Positions 25,271-38,929 of a stretch of DNA of 64,000 nt are shown piece after piece. Within the stretch, counting starts at the first letter, position 1. The number at the start of each line of letters is the position of its first letter. The translations under genes and the position numbers were made by a program. The DNA is taken from contig MU058781.1 of NCBI GenBank assembly GCA_013265495.1, forward strand, positions 7,421,009-7,485,008, written 5' to 3'. The notes under the pieces were generated by a model that searched no databases, was not told the DNA's origin, and saw only the letters and a list, made by a program, of their open reading frames with translations. Source of the stretch: Vicugna vicugna (lineage: Eukaryota).

Positions 25271-25589
25271 GAGAGCTACAGTTTCTACAAGGAGAAAGAC
25301 TGTTTCAGGGCTGAGGCACAATGGGCACCAGTCTGGGTGACTGACCCTTGGTGACACTGATGTCAATTACTATGTGAAGGTGATCCTCATTTACTTCTCA
25401 AGTACTGTATTTTTTTTGCAGTATTTTTCATAGTTTATAATTTCAGTGAATTTGGGACTGTAACTTGGGCATGTATGCTCACCGAATTTTAAAGTCACCT
25501 TTCACTTTATACCATTGCTCAGGTTCCATAGAATATTGAATGCAGGCATTTAAGCAGCAAGGTAAGATAGGTGATACTTTGGACAGTGG

Positions 25590-25622
25590 ATTCAATATAT
25601 TTAAACATTCAATATATTTAAA
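25590..25622. repeat. 17-bp tandem duplication
   Basis: attcaatatatttaaac / attcaatatatttaaa. Confidence 0.9.
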
Positions 25623-25832
25623 AAATTAAACTAATGAGAATGTTAACTAAAGAAGCAGCAGCCACATCTGGACTGCTACCTTTCCATTCATTTCCCCCTC
25701 TGTGACCTTCTGTGTCTGTGTCTAACTGTATTCCCTGAGCAGCCGTGTATGTGCAGCTTACCTTACCAGCACTGCAGAGGTCGTCAAAGCAAATTCAGTG
25801 ATAAATGATTTTCCTCCTCTTCATGACTCTCC

Positions 25833-26002
25833 AACACACACAAACACACACATACACACACAGAGAAAAGAGAACTACAAAATAAATGTAACCCCTTTAC
25901 TCAATGTTACAACACATTTTCATATCACGTTGATTATTAGGACAGGCATCACTGTCAGCGTGTACAATGTACACATCTGTGTTTGTGTGTGTGTGTGTGT
26001 AT
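25833..26002. repeat. CA-rich tract (~25833-25862) and TG tract (~25977-26002)
   Basis: Directly visible; the two tracts are complementary. Confidence 0.9.
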
Positions 26003-26622
26003 GTATTTGTATATTTCCAAAAGCTCATTTGAATCTAAGATGAGCCTTGCAAGTGATTGCATTTTAGAACCAAGTGAAGATGTGAGTAAACCTGCTTTAG
26101 ATCAAGATGTATAAAGAAAAATCTTTCTTCTATATTTTGCATAATCACATTCTTTTCTGGATAGTGGTCTTGATGTGTTAGTAATTTTTAAAGTAATTTT
26201 GTTTTCACTGAGAGTAGCACTTTTAAAGCTCTTTGGTGGAGGGACATGTGGCCTGGCTTCACTGATCTGTGAACAACACCCCCTCTGAGTACTATTATCA
26301 TCCAGACGGTTTTCTTACTGAGCAGTTATGAAGGTTTATGACCAAGTTATAAACAGGAGAAGGGAGCTTATGTTAATGAGGTCAACACTGTTTCTGTTAT
26401 GTCTTTGACTTACTAAACAGTCCCCTAAAGGGAATACCTTTTCCAAATGGGCTAAACAGAGATAAACTTTTACCAGCTGAAGACTTCAGCTGCCACTGCA
26501 CTTAATGATGTGGAGCTGATCTGAATCTACATGGCGCCGTACAGTGATACCAATGTCATGGCAACTAGTGTATCAATATTTATTTATGTATTTGTATGTC
26601 TTGTCTTTTCTGTAGCTGTCTT

Positions 26623-26995
26623 TGTCTCAGTCCACTTGGGTTGCCATAACAAAACTCCAGAGACTGGGTGACTTAGACAACAGAAATCTATTTTCTCACA
26701 GTTCTGGAAGCTGGGGAGTCTGAGATCAAGGTGCTAGCCAGTTCCGTTTGTGGTGAGAGCCCCCTTCCTGGCTTGCAGGTGCTCGGCTTCTCATCATGTC
26801 CTCACATGGCAGGGGAGCGAGAGAGCAAGCTGGCTCTTGTCTTCTTAGAGGGGCCTAATTCCGTCAGAGGGCCCCACCCATGACCTCATCTAGCCCTGAT
26901 TACTTCCCCCAAACCCCACCTTCAGATACCCTCACTTTGAAAGTTATGTCTTCAACATAGCATTTTAGTAAGAAACAGACATTCAGTCCCTAAGA
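26623..26995 (-). mobile_element. MLT1A-type MaLR solo LTR with perfect 5-bp TSD
   Basis: 'gccataacaaaa...ttctcacagttctggaagctgg...catgacctcatcta...acattcagtcc'. TSD GTCTT at 26618-26622 and 26996-27000. Confidence 0.9.
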
Positions 26996-29639
26996 GTCTT
27001 CACGTGGGGAGCAAGTAAATGGGAGAAAAGAATTATATCTATTTTGTTAGATTGATTGGTTTACAAATCAGCCTCTGGAGATACAGGTTGTAGGTGCCTG
27101 ATTCCCCAGCTGCTGGGTTCCACATCAGAGGAGGTACTTTGATCACGGTTTAGTGACACTTGATTAAATGAAAACGTGCATATAACCGTTGAGTTAGAGT
27201 AAAGGCAGACATTACGGAAAAGTTCAAATATTGAGTGTATGGTTGATAGTCTTTATAGAGTAGCTCATTCTAGCACAGTGGATAAGAGCAAGCTGGTTGC
27301 AGTTTTGTCGTCAATGTTTCAATGCTTTATCAATTTGCAGTTATAGTCTTAGCCCAGGATTTGTACAGCTTTTGATAAGGAAGTCACCAGCTTGTGGTTG
27401 GGTGGGGTGGATAACCAGACAGCTGCTCATGCATACCAATGAGGGTTTTGTCGATGCAAATTTGGAGAGCCCTTAAAAAAATTTAGCCCTCAGTGTCTAC
27501 TTTAAGCTTCGGTGTGATATGTGATATGAGACCACTTAACCAGTAAGTTTACCTCTAATTTTAGCTTCACCTGAATTAAAGCTGGCGTGATACTGCATAC
27601 TGCTACAAACATTAGCAACTTTAAAGTGCAGAAAGAACCTGAAATTAGATGCAGTCCATGGGAAGGCTCACAAGAATGTCACTGGTGGTTTTGTGTTGTT
27701 TTCAAAATTTCAGTAAATCTCTGATGAATATTAGGATAAAAGGGATAATTTGCTTCTTCACATTTTTAATGCCATTTATTTCCTACTTTGTCAGCTTAAA
27801 AGACAATCTGTCTACATAGAAGGGAAGCAAAACAAAACAAGCTGTTTGGGGAGTTGATTCTCTAACAAATCCCTCTTGAACAAGTCAGGGTCCCCAGTAA
27901 GAAAAGATGCTTTACGTCTCCTGCTCACTCCTCAGTTGTCTGACCATTGGGCTGATGAAGTGTTCCATCAGCCAAGACGGCTGAACCATCATCGTGCCAT
28001 TTTGTTTTGGATTTGTAGCCAGCCCAGGAGTATAAGCTTTGTTTTTTGCGTGTGGGGAGAGAAAATATAAGCTTTTCATATCCTCTCCTAGATTATTGAA
28101 GCGACCGCTCCACATATTAGCTGAGCATTACTGCTTCCTGTGTGTAGGGCTAGCAACCCTGAATTCATCTGCAATCCTAACAATGCTGACACCCAAGTGC
28201 CAATAAAGAGAACTGAGACTACCTCTTCTCATCGACTGTAGATGATACAAGGTGATGGCAGATAGAAAAGGGGACAGTTACAGTAAGGACAATAGTCACA
28301 AAACAGCAAAATGGAAAATATCCTCTAGTAAATGAGGGCTAACTATTCAGGAATTTGGGGTATTAATTAATTAATCAAATAATCATTTTATGTTTTATAA
28401 GATTTAAAGGCCCAAAAGTGTTAAGGTGTTGTCTTTACCTTCAAGGGATTAGCAGATAAGCAGATCAATATGCAGGCAAATGAGGGTATTATACACACTG
28501 TGATATAAGGTTGTACTGTTTATGAGGGAGACTCTTAGGAGTGAGCCAGTCCCCTTACTTGGGAGGTCAGGAAAAACATCACAAGGCAGTATATGGTAAA
28601 TAAAAATGAGGAAACCAAATGGCTACTTAATAGGGGCTTAGGGAAGGGAAAATTAACTTCTGTTTGGAGTAGAAAGGAAAAATAACATAAAAGAAGGGGA
28701 AATGTAAGTGGCCTTCAGTAATATTTGTTGTGTAGTTTGAAGAGTTGTTCAACCAGTACTATGCTAACACTGCGTCAGTCCCTTCTCGTGCCCACAATCT
28801 TTGGGGGAGCAGGCCTAGTGATGCCAGGATACTTGGGGCAACAGGAAGTAGTAACCTTGATGTATTGGGAGATGGGAAGATAGGGCTAAATCAGCCCAAA
28901 CCGGGCTGGAGATTGCCATTTGGTTTCCCATGATTTTGTTACTGTTTTGTTTTTCTTAAATAGTAATATACTTTTATAGAAATACATATGGAATTAACTT
29001 ATTCTCCACTATAATGTAGCTTCCCATGAAACAGCATGAGGTAGAATTTGTATAGCAAGCAACAGTATTATGGTACCAGGGAAGAAGGAGAACTGTGAAG
29101 TTTATTTCATTTAAACATAAATTCAGGGGAGGAAATAATAATTTTCCTTTGAATTTAATTCTATAGCTCTTAGACATTCCCAAGAAATCTCTGAGTAAAT
29201 GTCCTTGGATTCCTGAACGAATTACTTCCCCTCTGAGTCATAACTGTTGTTACCACTGTGTAAAGAATGGATTCTTGGTTTGGGCAGACTGTGTGATCTT
29301 AATGATCACTGAATGACTAGTCCTTCATTTGACAGGAGGTAGGGGATGGGTTTGTCAGCTTTCTTCAGAGATACCTATTTTCAGTTCTGTGATGAGGCTC
29401 ACTCATGCAAGCCCCAAGGAGTAATGTCTGAATGTGGGTGTGTGTGTGTCTTCTGGATATGTGGAGCTTTTTGTAGAAACAAAAACCAAAAGCCTGTGAA
29501 CAGTTTGATGGATTAAATAGAGGCCTATATTGGTATATGGCATTGGTTACACTTTTATCAACACTTCCTTCTCAGTCTGAGAGTAATTCTCTTATGCACA
29601 ACTGGGCAAGCTTTGCAGGAAAGTTTTGCTGTGTGCTGG

Positions 29640-29830
29640 AAAGACCCCAGAGTTATGAAAGTGTTTGGATTGGAGCCCTGGTTCTTTAGCTGTGCCTTGA
29701 ATTACCTCTAAGACCTCAGATAAGTTGCTTCAATTTGGGGACGGGAGCTTTGTTTTCTTCCTGTTTAAGTGGAATGAGTAAAACTCGTTATCTGTAAAAA
29801 TCCTTCACATTTAATAGTCTGTGATTTTAG
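29640..29830 (+). mobile_element. MIR fragment
   Basis: 'gacctcagataagttgcttcaat...ttttcttcctgtttaagtggaatga'. Confidence 0.5.
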
Positions 29831-32779
29831 GGACTCTATGGATTAAACCAGAGTGTTCTTAGTTTCAGAAATGAGGCTTTGAGAAATCTATTGTTAGGGA
29901 CAGTTACATCATTTGAGCCCCATAGTGCCTAATTCAAATTGACTACCAGGACACAGCTCTCCATCATTATTGTTGTGAGACTGACACGGAGTTTGGCAGT
30001 TATTGCCTAGATTTTGAAGTTGAGTCATATAGGACACAGACGGAAGAGACGATTTGTGTAAGGTCGTATTTGTCATGTGGGTGACAAAACTTGTCCCAAG
30101 ATAAAGTCATTGTTTTCCTGCAGCTCTTGGCTGCCTCAGAGGAGTTTTGTCTCTGCTAGTATTTCTATTATCTGAATTCACCTTGTGATGGCAGAAAAAT
30201 TAATAGGCAGTTATGACCCTTTGGTGATTTGGGGTAGCTTTGTCATGTAATGGTAGGGAGGTATGGCTGTCAGGTTGAATCGGGACCTTTCATTTGGAGT
30301 CTTGTGTAGAACCAGTTTGTGGGATTTGTCCCATCCATATTTTGCTTTTATGTTTATCTGACCAGCTGTGTCAACAGTTGTTGTTATTCTAAAGCATTGG
30401 CTACTTGCTGCTATATGCAGACATTGTTTTAGTTACAGGAAGCACAAATACGGTCTTTTTCTCAGAAAAAAAAAAAGAAAGAGAAAAGTTAGTGAGGGAG
30501 ACTCAGTTCTTAGTAAGAATATAATTTATTTTGTTTATGTAAAATAAATGCTAATTATACTATTTAAATGGTAAAAAAAATAACCTAAGAGACCTAGAAC
30601 AAAACTACAACGATATTTGGATTTTTATTCAGAAGTGATATTAAATTATGTTATAGGCAATGACTAGTTATACTCAGAAAGTGAATCTAGTTCATGCCTA
30701 ATGGATAGAATCTCAAGTGACCCATGAAAAATACTTGCATGTTAGGACGACTTTTCCATTTGATAGGAAATGGCTAATTTAATTTTTCCAAGCTGAAATA
30801 TGTAGGACGGATTATAAAAAATCATTTTACTTCTTAAGGAATTTTAATTAGTTGACTTGCACGATACCCTGTCATGTAAAATGTTTTCACCCTACAGCGT
30901 TTTGGTTGTTCTAGTCCAATTTCACGTTGGAGGATGAAGATACTGGTGCTTTTGATACTGATATTTCAATTAAGGCTAAGGATGTGGACAGTGATGAGAA
31001 AGCAGAGGTATAAATTCTTTACTTGTAAATGCAGATTAGTATTTGAACCTGAATCCACAGTTCAAAGACTCTTACGGGAGGGTAAAACTCCTTGGCCTGT
31101 GTGCATGAGGGACATTATGTTTCCCAGGGAGCTTGAAGGAGAGAGTAATTGTGGTTATAAGGCCTTCCAATCCTTTGATTTTCTTGTTTTCTGAATTTAG
31201 TTAAACACAATGGAAGTAATTCGTAGTGTCCCATTGTTGCTATTAGACAAGAAATGTATCTGAAAAAACTTTAAGTGGGATGGACATGATCACCTGAAAT
31301 GTTTGTGGTGATGGACCAGTCTCTACGTAGAATGCTTTACATGTTGAGGTTACAGGATTTAAAAATCTGGTAACCCTCACCAAGTTCTAAGAAGTGCTTG
31401 TTTACAGGTAGTGAGTTTCAGGAGCATACTATCTTCTGTGGCTTCCCAGTATTTTTCTGCAGATACGTTTTTCAACAGGCTAAGAGAAACAGATTTACAT
31501 ACAACCCTCTGCTATTTTTTTCCCACAGAATACTGCTCTGTTAAACCAATAGAAATGCATAAATCTTTCCTGTGTCTTTGATTACGTTAGAGTGGAACAG
31601 GTATAGAATAATAACCAGGTGAAATAAGTACCTTCTAAAATAACGAGTCAGGAAGCTCTAAGGTAAACCTTCTCTTGTTTATAAAGGTTTGCCGAGCCTT
31701 CTGCTGGCTCCTGAGGGAAGTTGCTCCCCTCAGACTGTACCCGTTAATAGCTATTGAGAAGTTCAGTGGAGAGGCCTGGCTTGCAAAGGGGCAGCTGTTC
31801 CAGTTGGTCCCAGAAGCCCTGCAGCAGTGGACGAAAGGAGTATTCCACCATCTTTCAATAAATAGAATTTCCATTGAACAAACTCTGTTCTAGGGAAGAT
31901 TAAATTTTAGGAACTCTATAGATAAAAAAAATTTGCAGAATACTGGATTCGATAAAGTTGATAGGTGTGTCTGCCTTAGATCTTCTCAGTGGTTAATATG
32001 CTGGTGCTCATTAGGAAGATTCTGGTGGGGGAATACTGTAGGCATGGTCTTCTCAGTGTGTTGGGGTGGGCGCCCCTCTCTGTTAGGCATCTACAGATGT
32101 TTCTGTTAAACATCTGTTGAATATTCTAAAGGAGTAAAATGTTGAGAAGGGTTCGGACAATTGCTCCCCTAGCTACCACCGAATTTCCTGCACTAGGTGA
32201 GGAGGAGGCATGGGAAGCGGGATCTAGGGGGCCTGATGGTTTGTCAGAGGACGGACCTCCCTTCTGTGGTACATTAGCTGCCACCTCAGTGACACCATCT
32301 GCTCCCTCTCTCCAGTCTCCACTGACACAGAAAGTAGAAGCTGCTTTCTCCCTCTCCACGACTTAGCCTTCCTCTAGACACTAGCTTTCTGTCTCGAGGC
32401 TCATCCCAACACTGTCTGCAAATGGAGGCTTCATGCATTTTGTCATCTCTGCTGTCACCTCCCTGTTAGAATCTTTCTCTCTTTCATCTCTCATTTTCAA
32501 CCTGGTCCTTTGGAATCTTTTTGCCAGAGGCATTTTTAATGACTTAACCCTTACCTTAATTCAGAAAAAAAAAAACGTTGTTATATTATTGGTAAGTGTT
32601 TTTTTTTTTAACAAGAAGCATATTTTTGAATGCTTTCCCTCTTTCTTTTGATGTGAGTTCATGAAATACAGAGGAACAAGTTTGAGCACGTGCATACCAT
32701 GTTGAGAGTGATCGTGAATGTGCAGTAGAGCTCGGAACAAGAAGAGTGTCCTCTGTTTTTCTAAAAGTATGGGTATGAA

Positions 32780-32970
32780 AAGGCAGTGTCTGGTTTGACT
32801 TCAGGATTCTGCCCCAAACTAGGCTTTTAGTCTAGTGGAGAGTAGCCTGAGCTCAGGTTCCTCATCTGAAGAGTACAGATAATTGTATACTTACCTCAGG
32901 GTAACTGGGAAGATTAGATGAGAAAACACATGGAAACTATAGAGGAGAAGGCCTGGCACACAGCAGGTGG
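32780..32970 (+). mobile_element. MIR SINE
   Basis: 'ctcaggttcctcatctgaagag...acctcagggtaactgggaagattagatgag...cctggcacacagcagg'. Confidence 0.75.
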
Positions 32971-33919
32971 GGTTTTTTCCTCTATGACCTTGCAGATTAC
33001 TGGGTCCAGATGAAGTCTTGGGTGCTTGCTGGAAGGATTCCGTAAGTTTCAAAATTAGGAGCTCAGTGCTATTGGATTCTAGGAATGGAGCCAGTCTCTA
33101 GCTGCAAGCTCTAAGATTTCTTTGTGGACAAGGGCTTCTGCTGATTTGTAACATGGCTGGACTAGACCAAAGCATGGCTCTCAGTGACATAGAACGTGGC
33201 ACGAATTCTCCAAGATGCCTGCGAGGGGAAGCTGCCGCTCTTGGGCTGTACTCAGAGGTAGCTGCTCATGTACTGACCGCAGACTAACGATTCTGACATC
33301 TGGCCATCCGTTCCATCGCCTGCTGTGAGGCCTCTGCTTATTAAAATGCTCTTTCACTGCAAAAATCAAAAGCAGCTACTTGGACATGAAAGTCCAGATC
33401 AGACACATCTGAGACCAGCCAGGGTTCCCAGGTTTCTTCCTCCCAGCATGCATAAAGGCATATCATTTGTCACTTCTAAAGCAAGACCTCTCAAAATTTC
33501 TCAGTTTTAATGGAAGGTGATACCCAGTATCTCCCCAATTAACGCAGGAAAACTATGTATACAACAGCTTTTCCTCTAACTGGTTTAGTTTGCTCACTTT
33601 CTTTCTGTCTTTCTCTCCCTGTTCTTTTGTGTCTGACTTGCTGTCTCTCTGTCAGCCTGGTCCCTATGCCTCCCGGTCTCTATCTTTATCACTTCTCTCT
33701 CTCTTCCTCTGTCCCCTTCCTCCCTCCCTCTCAGCACAGAAAGATGTCCTTTAAAAATCTTCTGTCCAACAGCATTTGAAAAGGACTGTTCTTTCACCTG
33801 TAGCTGTTACTTACTAAGCCTCGCAAGGCAAACAATACTTTTCCTGCACCCAAGAGAAAAGAGCTAATCTTTTAGCAACAGCCAAGTTTTTGAAAGTAAT
33901 AATTTTCATTTCTGTGGTC

Positions 33920-34100
33920 CTCCTGTACAATTTACAAAGCACTCTTACATACCTGATCCCATTTAATCCTCACAGACATTGTGATCATCTTCACTTATAG
34001 ATGAGAAAACCTTAGGGATTTGGGGAGAGCTCAGTGAAGTAATTTATGTGAAGTGTCTTAGCAAGTGCCCAGCCTGTGGTAGGTGGTCCCGAGTTTCCTT
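33920..34100 (-). mobile_element. MIR SINE
   Basis: 'tcccatttaatcctcaca...cttatagatgagaaaac'. Confidence 0.7.
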
Positions 34101-34884
34101 TGTCTTTTCTTAGGTCATGTATCCAGTCTCGGTTAACCATCTTCTTACTCGAAGGAAGAAACTCTTTCCACATGACACCATAACCTCTAGGATGCAGCAG
34201 CTGGCTGAGCTGTACATTTCTGGAATAGAAGGGAGAGGAGGTCAGCAATATGGTTATTTCTCCGTCTCTCTGTGTCTGCTCTCAGAGAGCATTGCTTTGT
34301 GGATATAAAGGGCAGGAAGCCCTATGAAGTGGCAACTTGGTAGGACAGAGAAAATGCACTCTTCTGCTCTCGCTTTGTTTGTAAGCTTGAAATTCCAGTA
34401 TACACATCTGTAGAAAGGGATAGTTTTTTCCTGTTCTATTTGCTTTTCTCCCCTCTATTCATTTACCTTAGGTGAGCTGCCATGCAGAAAACACAATAAG
34501 CTTCCCTGCTCTGCAGGGCCCTGAATTTGAGGCATGCCTGGGGATGCGAGAGCCACACACACAAATACGACACAAGTGGTGGCGCAGAAGAGTGAGCGCC
34601 AGGCGGTCATTTTTGTTGCAATGCTTCGCAGGACAGATGGGCTTTTATGAGTTCTCTGAAGTTGGTTATTATAAATCTAAACTGCTGTGCTGAGGACTCT
34701 TTTCTTCTCTATACCTTTTAATATCTCTGTTTCATTTGGTGCTTATGAAATGCAAGGGCAGTTCCCTTGCATTTAACTGCATATAAACTGCCCTCATTCG
34801 GCCCTCCAGATATCCTCACTCTGCCTGCTCACACCCCTTGGCCAGGGGAACAGATTTGGCAGGAGAGCCTGTGACCCACCTGAG

Positions 34885-35265
34885 GTATTGTTCAGGGAAG
34901 GTCATGCTACAGAAACAAGCTAACTGCCGGATCTCAGAATCCAATCGAGTTTCATTTCCTGTTCGTGTATCCTAATGCAGGTTGTAGGGGAGCAGGATGG
35001 GGGATGCAGTGGCACTGTCTTCCACATGGTCACTTAGGATGCAGACTGACAGAGGCCCCAACATTGCCACATGAGGTTTGCGAGACTGAGAAAAGAAAGA
35101 CCCTGGAGAACCACAAAGAATTTCCACTACCACAGCTCAGAAATGACAGCCAGCTCTCCTTCCTAAATCTCATTGGCCAGAACTGGTCACATGGTTTTGC
35201 CAACCTACAAAAGAATTGGAAAGTATAGTTTTTCATAAGCTAGGAAGGAAGAATAGAAAATGGAA
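34885..35265 (-). mobile_element. Old MaLR LTR (MLT1K/L-like)
   Basis: 'ctcagaaatgaca...ctcattggccagaactggtcacatgg...aacctacaa'. Confidence 0.65.
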
Positions 35266-37374
35266 TTCTTCAGAGAGCTATTTCTCAGCCTTGATTTTAC
35301 CATACTTGGGAATTTTTAAATACTCGTATGCTGTACAGTCTCTTCCTTTATTCAAGAAGAACAGAAACACATATAATAAGAACAACCACATAATAAAAAT
35401 ATTTATCTTTGCCTTTAGTTAAAATATGAATTGTTTTAATACAGAACCCAGATTTGTACATGGCAGTCATCTTTTAATTGTCCCTGTCTCAAGTAAAACC
35501 ACCTAAGCACACATTAACGATAGAGCCACAAAAGACCCTAAAATTTCCTGGGTGCTCAGGACAGGCCAAGGTGGCATGCGTCAAACATGTCTTTGATATT
35601 AGGCTCTAGCCATTTAAAAACTGAGCAAGATGGAATTTGAAATTGGAATTTTGGGATTTCCTTTGCCGCTTCAGGCTGAGAAGGGCGCTTCTTAATAGTT
35701 TCTAAATGCCTATTCCCGTCTGCTTTTAAACACAGGAGAAAAAATCAAAGGCAAAGCCTAAACATTTGAAGGTGAAAGGAAATCACTCTCCTCATGCATT
35801 TCTGGTAGCATTATAAGTTAATACAATCCTTTGGGAAAATAATCCAGCAAAATGTACCAAAAGCTTTGCAAGTATGGTCTTGCTACCAATATGTCAGGAG
35901 TCATAAAGATGCTTGTAACTTCACTAATCCCACCTCTGGGATCCCTAACGCAAAGAAGCACTGTAATCCCTTATCAGCCATCTCAGGTGGCATTCATGAA
36001 AGGCAGTGTGGTTGGCTGCCACCCCGAGAAGCTGCTTTGATAAGGTCATGATTTGAGTAAAATTAATGGATCAGTGATAGAGAAAATATGGCATTATATA
36101 GATTGTTTTCAAAACTAGGTAAATAAAAATTCTACAGAGCACCCATTAACCTAAATATGCTAGGTTAGTTGGTATAAAATTCTGGTTCTTCCATTTTTCT
36201 GCAGTATTACTGTCACCACTGTGAACTCCTCTGGGAGAATCATCTGGAAGTTTTTTGTTCTACAAACTACTTCTCTCCAGCTTTCAAATAAACACTTAGT
36301 GCCTGGAAGTCTCGCATCTTTTTCACTTTCATTCTTCTGTATTTTATATCATACGTGTTAGCAAAATGCTTCAGTAACCAGGTGGCGTTAAAAAATATTC
36401 ATGTTCCATGTTAGCACATTTTTCTAGGTCTGATCTCCCATCCGTATATTGGAAGTATAGATGATACATAGACTTTGAGTCTTCCTGTTATGTCCATAAT
36501 CTCTTATATAAAGAGCAGAAACTATCCTGTTATTTTTGTCTGTTTTTCATTTTGTTTCATTTTAGACAATTGGTTTGAATGGGCTATTTGTAGAAAGAAT
36601 ACTAGCTTTATGTTTTTGTTTATCCCTAAACTGTAGTTTGTAAGAAATTACTATTTCATAATCTGGTGGAAAAATCTATTTGCCTAAAGAGCATCATAGA
36701 TTTATTTTTCAGCATTACTCATTTCAAGGAAAATTAAAGTACCACCTAATTATAAGCAAAATTAAAAACAAAATAATAAATCATCCACTATGTGGAATAT
36801 TATGCAGCTTAAATAATTGTTACGAAGACTATGAATCGCCCCGTTGCAATGTAATTTTTAAAGAATGCAAAGAATAGCCACTTCCTATTGCTGTCTACTC
36901 TGTGCTAACCAGGCTCTCTCCTCCCCTGCTCCAAACTAATGTCACTTATTCTGGAAGAAGTTAACCATTGGGCTGACAGAGGAGTTGGAGGTGAATGTAG
37001 CTAGGCTTTGGGCAGCCTCTCTCCCTCCCTCCCTTTCGATCTTCCTCAGCCGCTCCTCGTTTAAGCCTCCCTGGATTCTGAGAGGCTCAGGCACACATGT
37101 GTAGGAGAGTACACGTTCCGCTTCTGCTCTTTTCATGGTCCCCAACCCCAACTCCAACCCTGAGGCCACACGGTTGAGAGATCGTGCCGGGCAGCTGAGC
37201 CGCAGTTGGCCTACTGTTCCTATAGGAAGTATAGGACTCAGTGACTATGCTTATATCTGAAGGACAAACTGAGATTAGACGGGAGCTGCATTAGTGCAAG
37301 ATGTTTGCAAGCGGAGAGTCAGGAGGCTAACCCAAACTTTGTTGTTTTTGTTTTTTGGTTTGTCTTAAGGTATT

Positions 37375-37555
37375 GTTTTTCCCCCAGCTTTAATGAGGTA
37401 GGACTGACAAATAAAAATTGTGTATATTTAGGTCGGACAGCATGATTTTTTTAAGGTGTACAATATGATGATTTAATGTATGAGTACATTGTGAAATTAA
37501 TCCACTCAAGTTAATTAACACATCTATCACCTCACATAGTTACCATTTGTGTGTC
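37375..37555 (-). mobile_element. L1MA8/9-type 3' end
   Basis: 'cagctttaatgaggta...tgacaaataaaaattgtgtatattta...tcacctcacatagttacc'. Confidence 0.8.
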
Positions 37556-38929
37556 AGCTAACTAATTGCAACCACACGCACACAAAAAGTCAGAGCAAGC
37601 ATCCTTCTTAAGTACCCATGGGTTTCTGTAGTTTCTCTGGATGTGGTTTCCTAAGGGATTCCAAGAAGCTCCTGTGCAAAGTTTTGTACATCTGTGCTTT
37701 TCTCAGCAGGCTTGCAAAAGCGCCTGCAATCAGACCACCTCATCAGCGTTTATGAACCCTGCTTTATTCTGCCCTAACCTTTAAGTAAGTTTCATTTCTC
37801 TGAATGAAAAGCAACGTAAATATCATTTCCAACTGTGATCTCATTTTTAATGAAGATTTAACTACCTGAGTCACGTAACTCACCTCAAGACAGCTAAGGA
37901 TTTCTAACTTGGGAGCTAAAATGGGGGTTCAGACGTTTTTCAGCCCAATCATCCTGATGGTTTTATTTAACAATGAGGAGGACGTTGAGCCTTAACACAT
38001 GTCACACTCTTTATAGTTCTTTCTAAATCCGCATGCCTAAGCAATTTAATTCAATATACTTATCACGAGGTACATAAAAACGTTGATAACATATCTTTTG
38101 ATAGTTTCTTCAGAAAGAGAGTATCTTTGTCTCTCTCTCACATTCTCCTCTGGCCCCAGAACTGCCACAAACTGCATCAGGAATGTCTCTTGATTTACTT
38201 GGAGTTTTGTGCCTTTCTATGAAGCCAGACCCCTGTTGTCCCATCTCCCCATAATTTACATTTCCATGAAACCTCTGGTTTGCAAAGATACGTGATGTTC
38301 CTGGAGCCTTAGTGCTCCTGGTAAGCTGAAGAGAGAAAATCTGTTCAATTAATTACATTTCTGAGGAAACAGAGTGGGGCAAACATGGCTTGCAACTGAG
38401 AAATCATAAAACCATTAGTATAATTTCAAAGTAAAAAAATAAGTATATGAATCAGAAGATATAAATTCTCAAGGAAGGTACCATATCTCATTTGTCTTTT
38501 AAAACCCAGTGCCTGGATGAGTGCCAAAGACCTAGAAAGCATTCATACCTGTTGGATGAACAAATGAATGAATGTTTGCCCCAAAGATTCATACGAGTAG
38601 CATTAATGACTAGGGGTGTAAAGGATGCCAGACACAGCAAGGTAGTTATAATTGGTGCAGATATGTTTACATTATTTTAGATTCTTACCTTTTTATTGTT
38701 CTTTCTAAAAAATAAAATACTGTTATCTGTATTATTCAGGTGATTTTAAATGACATCAATATTGATGATTTGCAGATACATCTAAGCAAATAGTCAAGAG
38801 TAATTCCTAATGAATCAAAACGCAACATAGATAATACAGTGAAAAGTCTTCATTTCGTTTCAGGGAACCAAGTGAAAAAGGAGAGACACAAACTAACTTA
38901 GTGTGTGTTTTCGGTGTATTTGTGCATGG

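Noticed and set aside
31529..31600. Possible 72-nt exon (cccacag|...CAG|gtatag)
   Set aside because: Weak donor and stops in all three frames.
37216..37237. Resemblance to an FRT site (gttcctat...aagtatagga)
   Set aside because: The arms are incomplete, the spacing is wrong and there is no vector sequence; a chance match.
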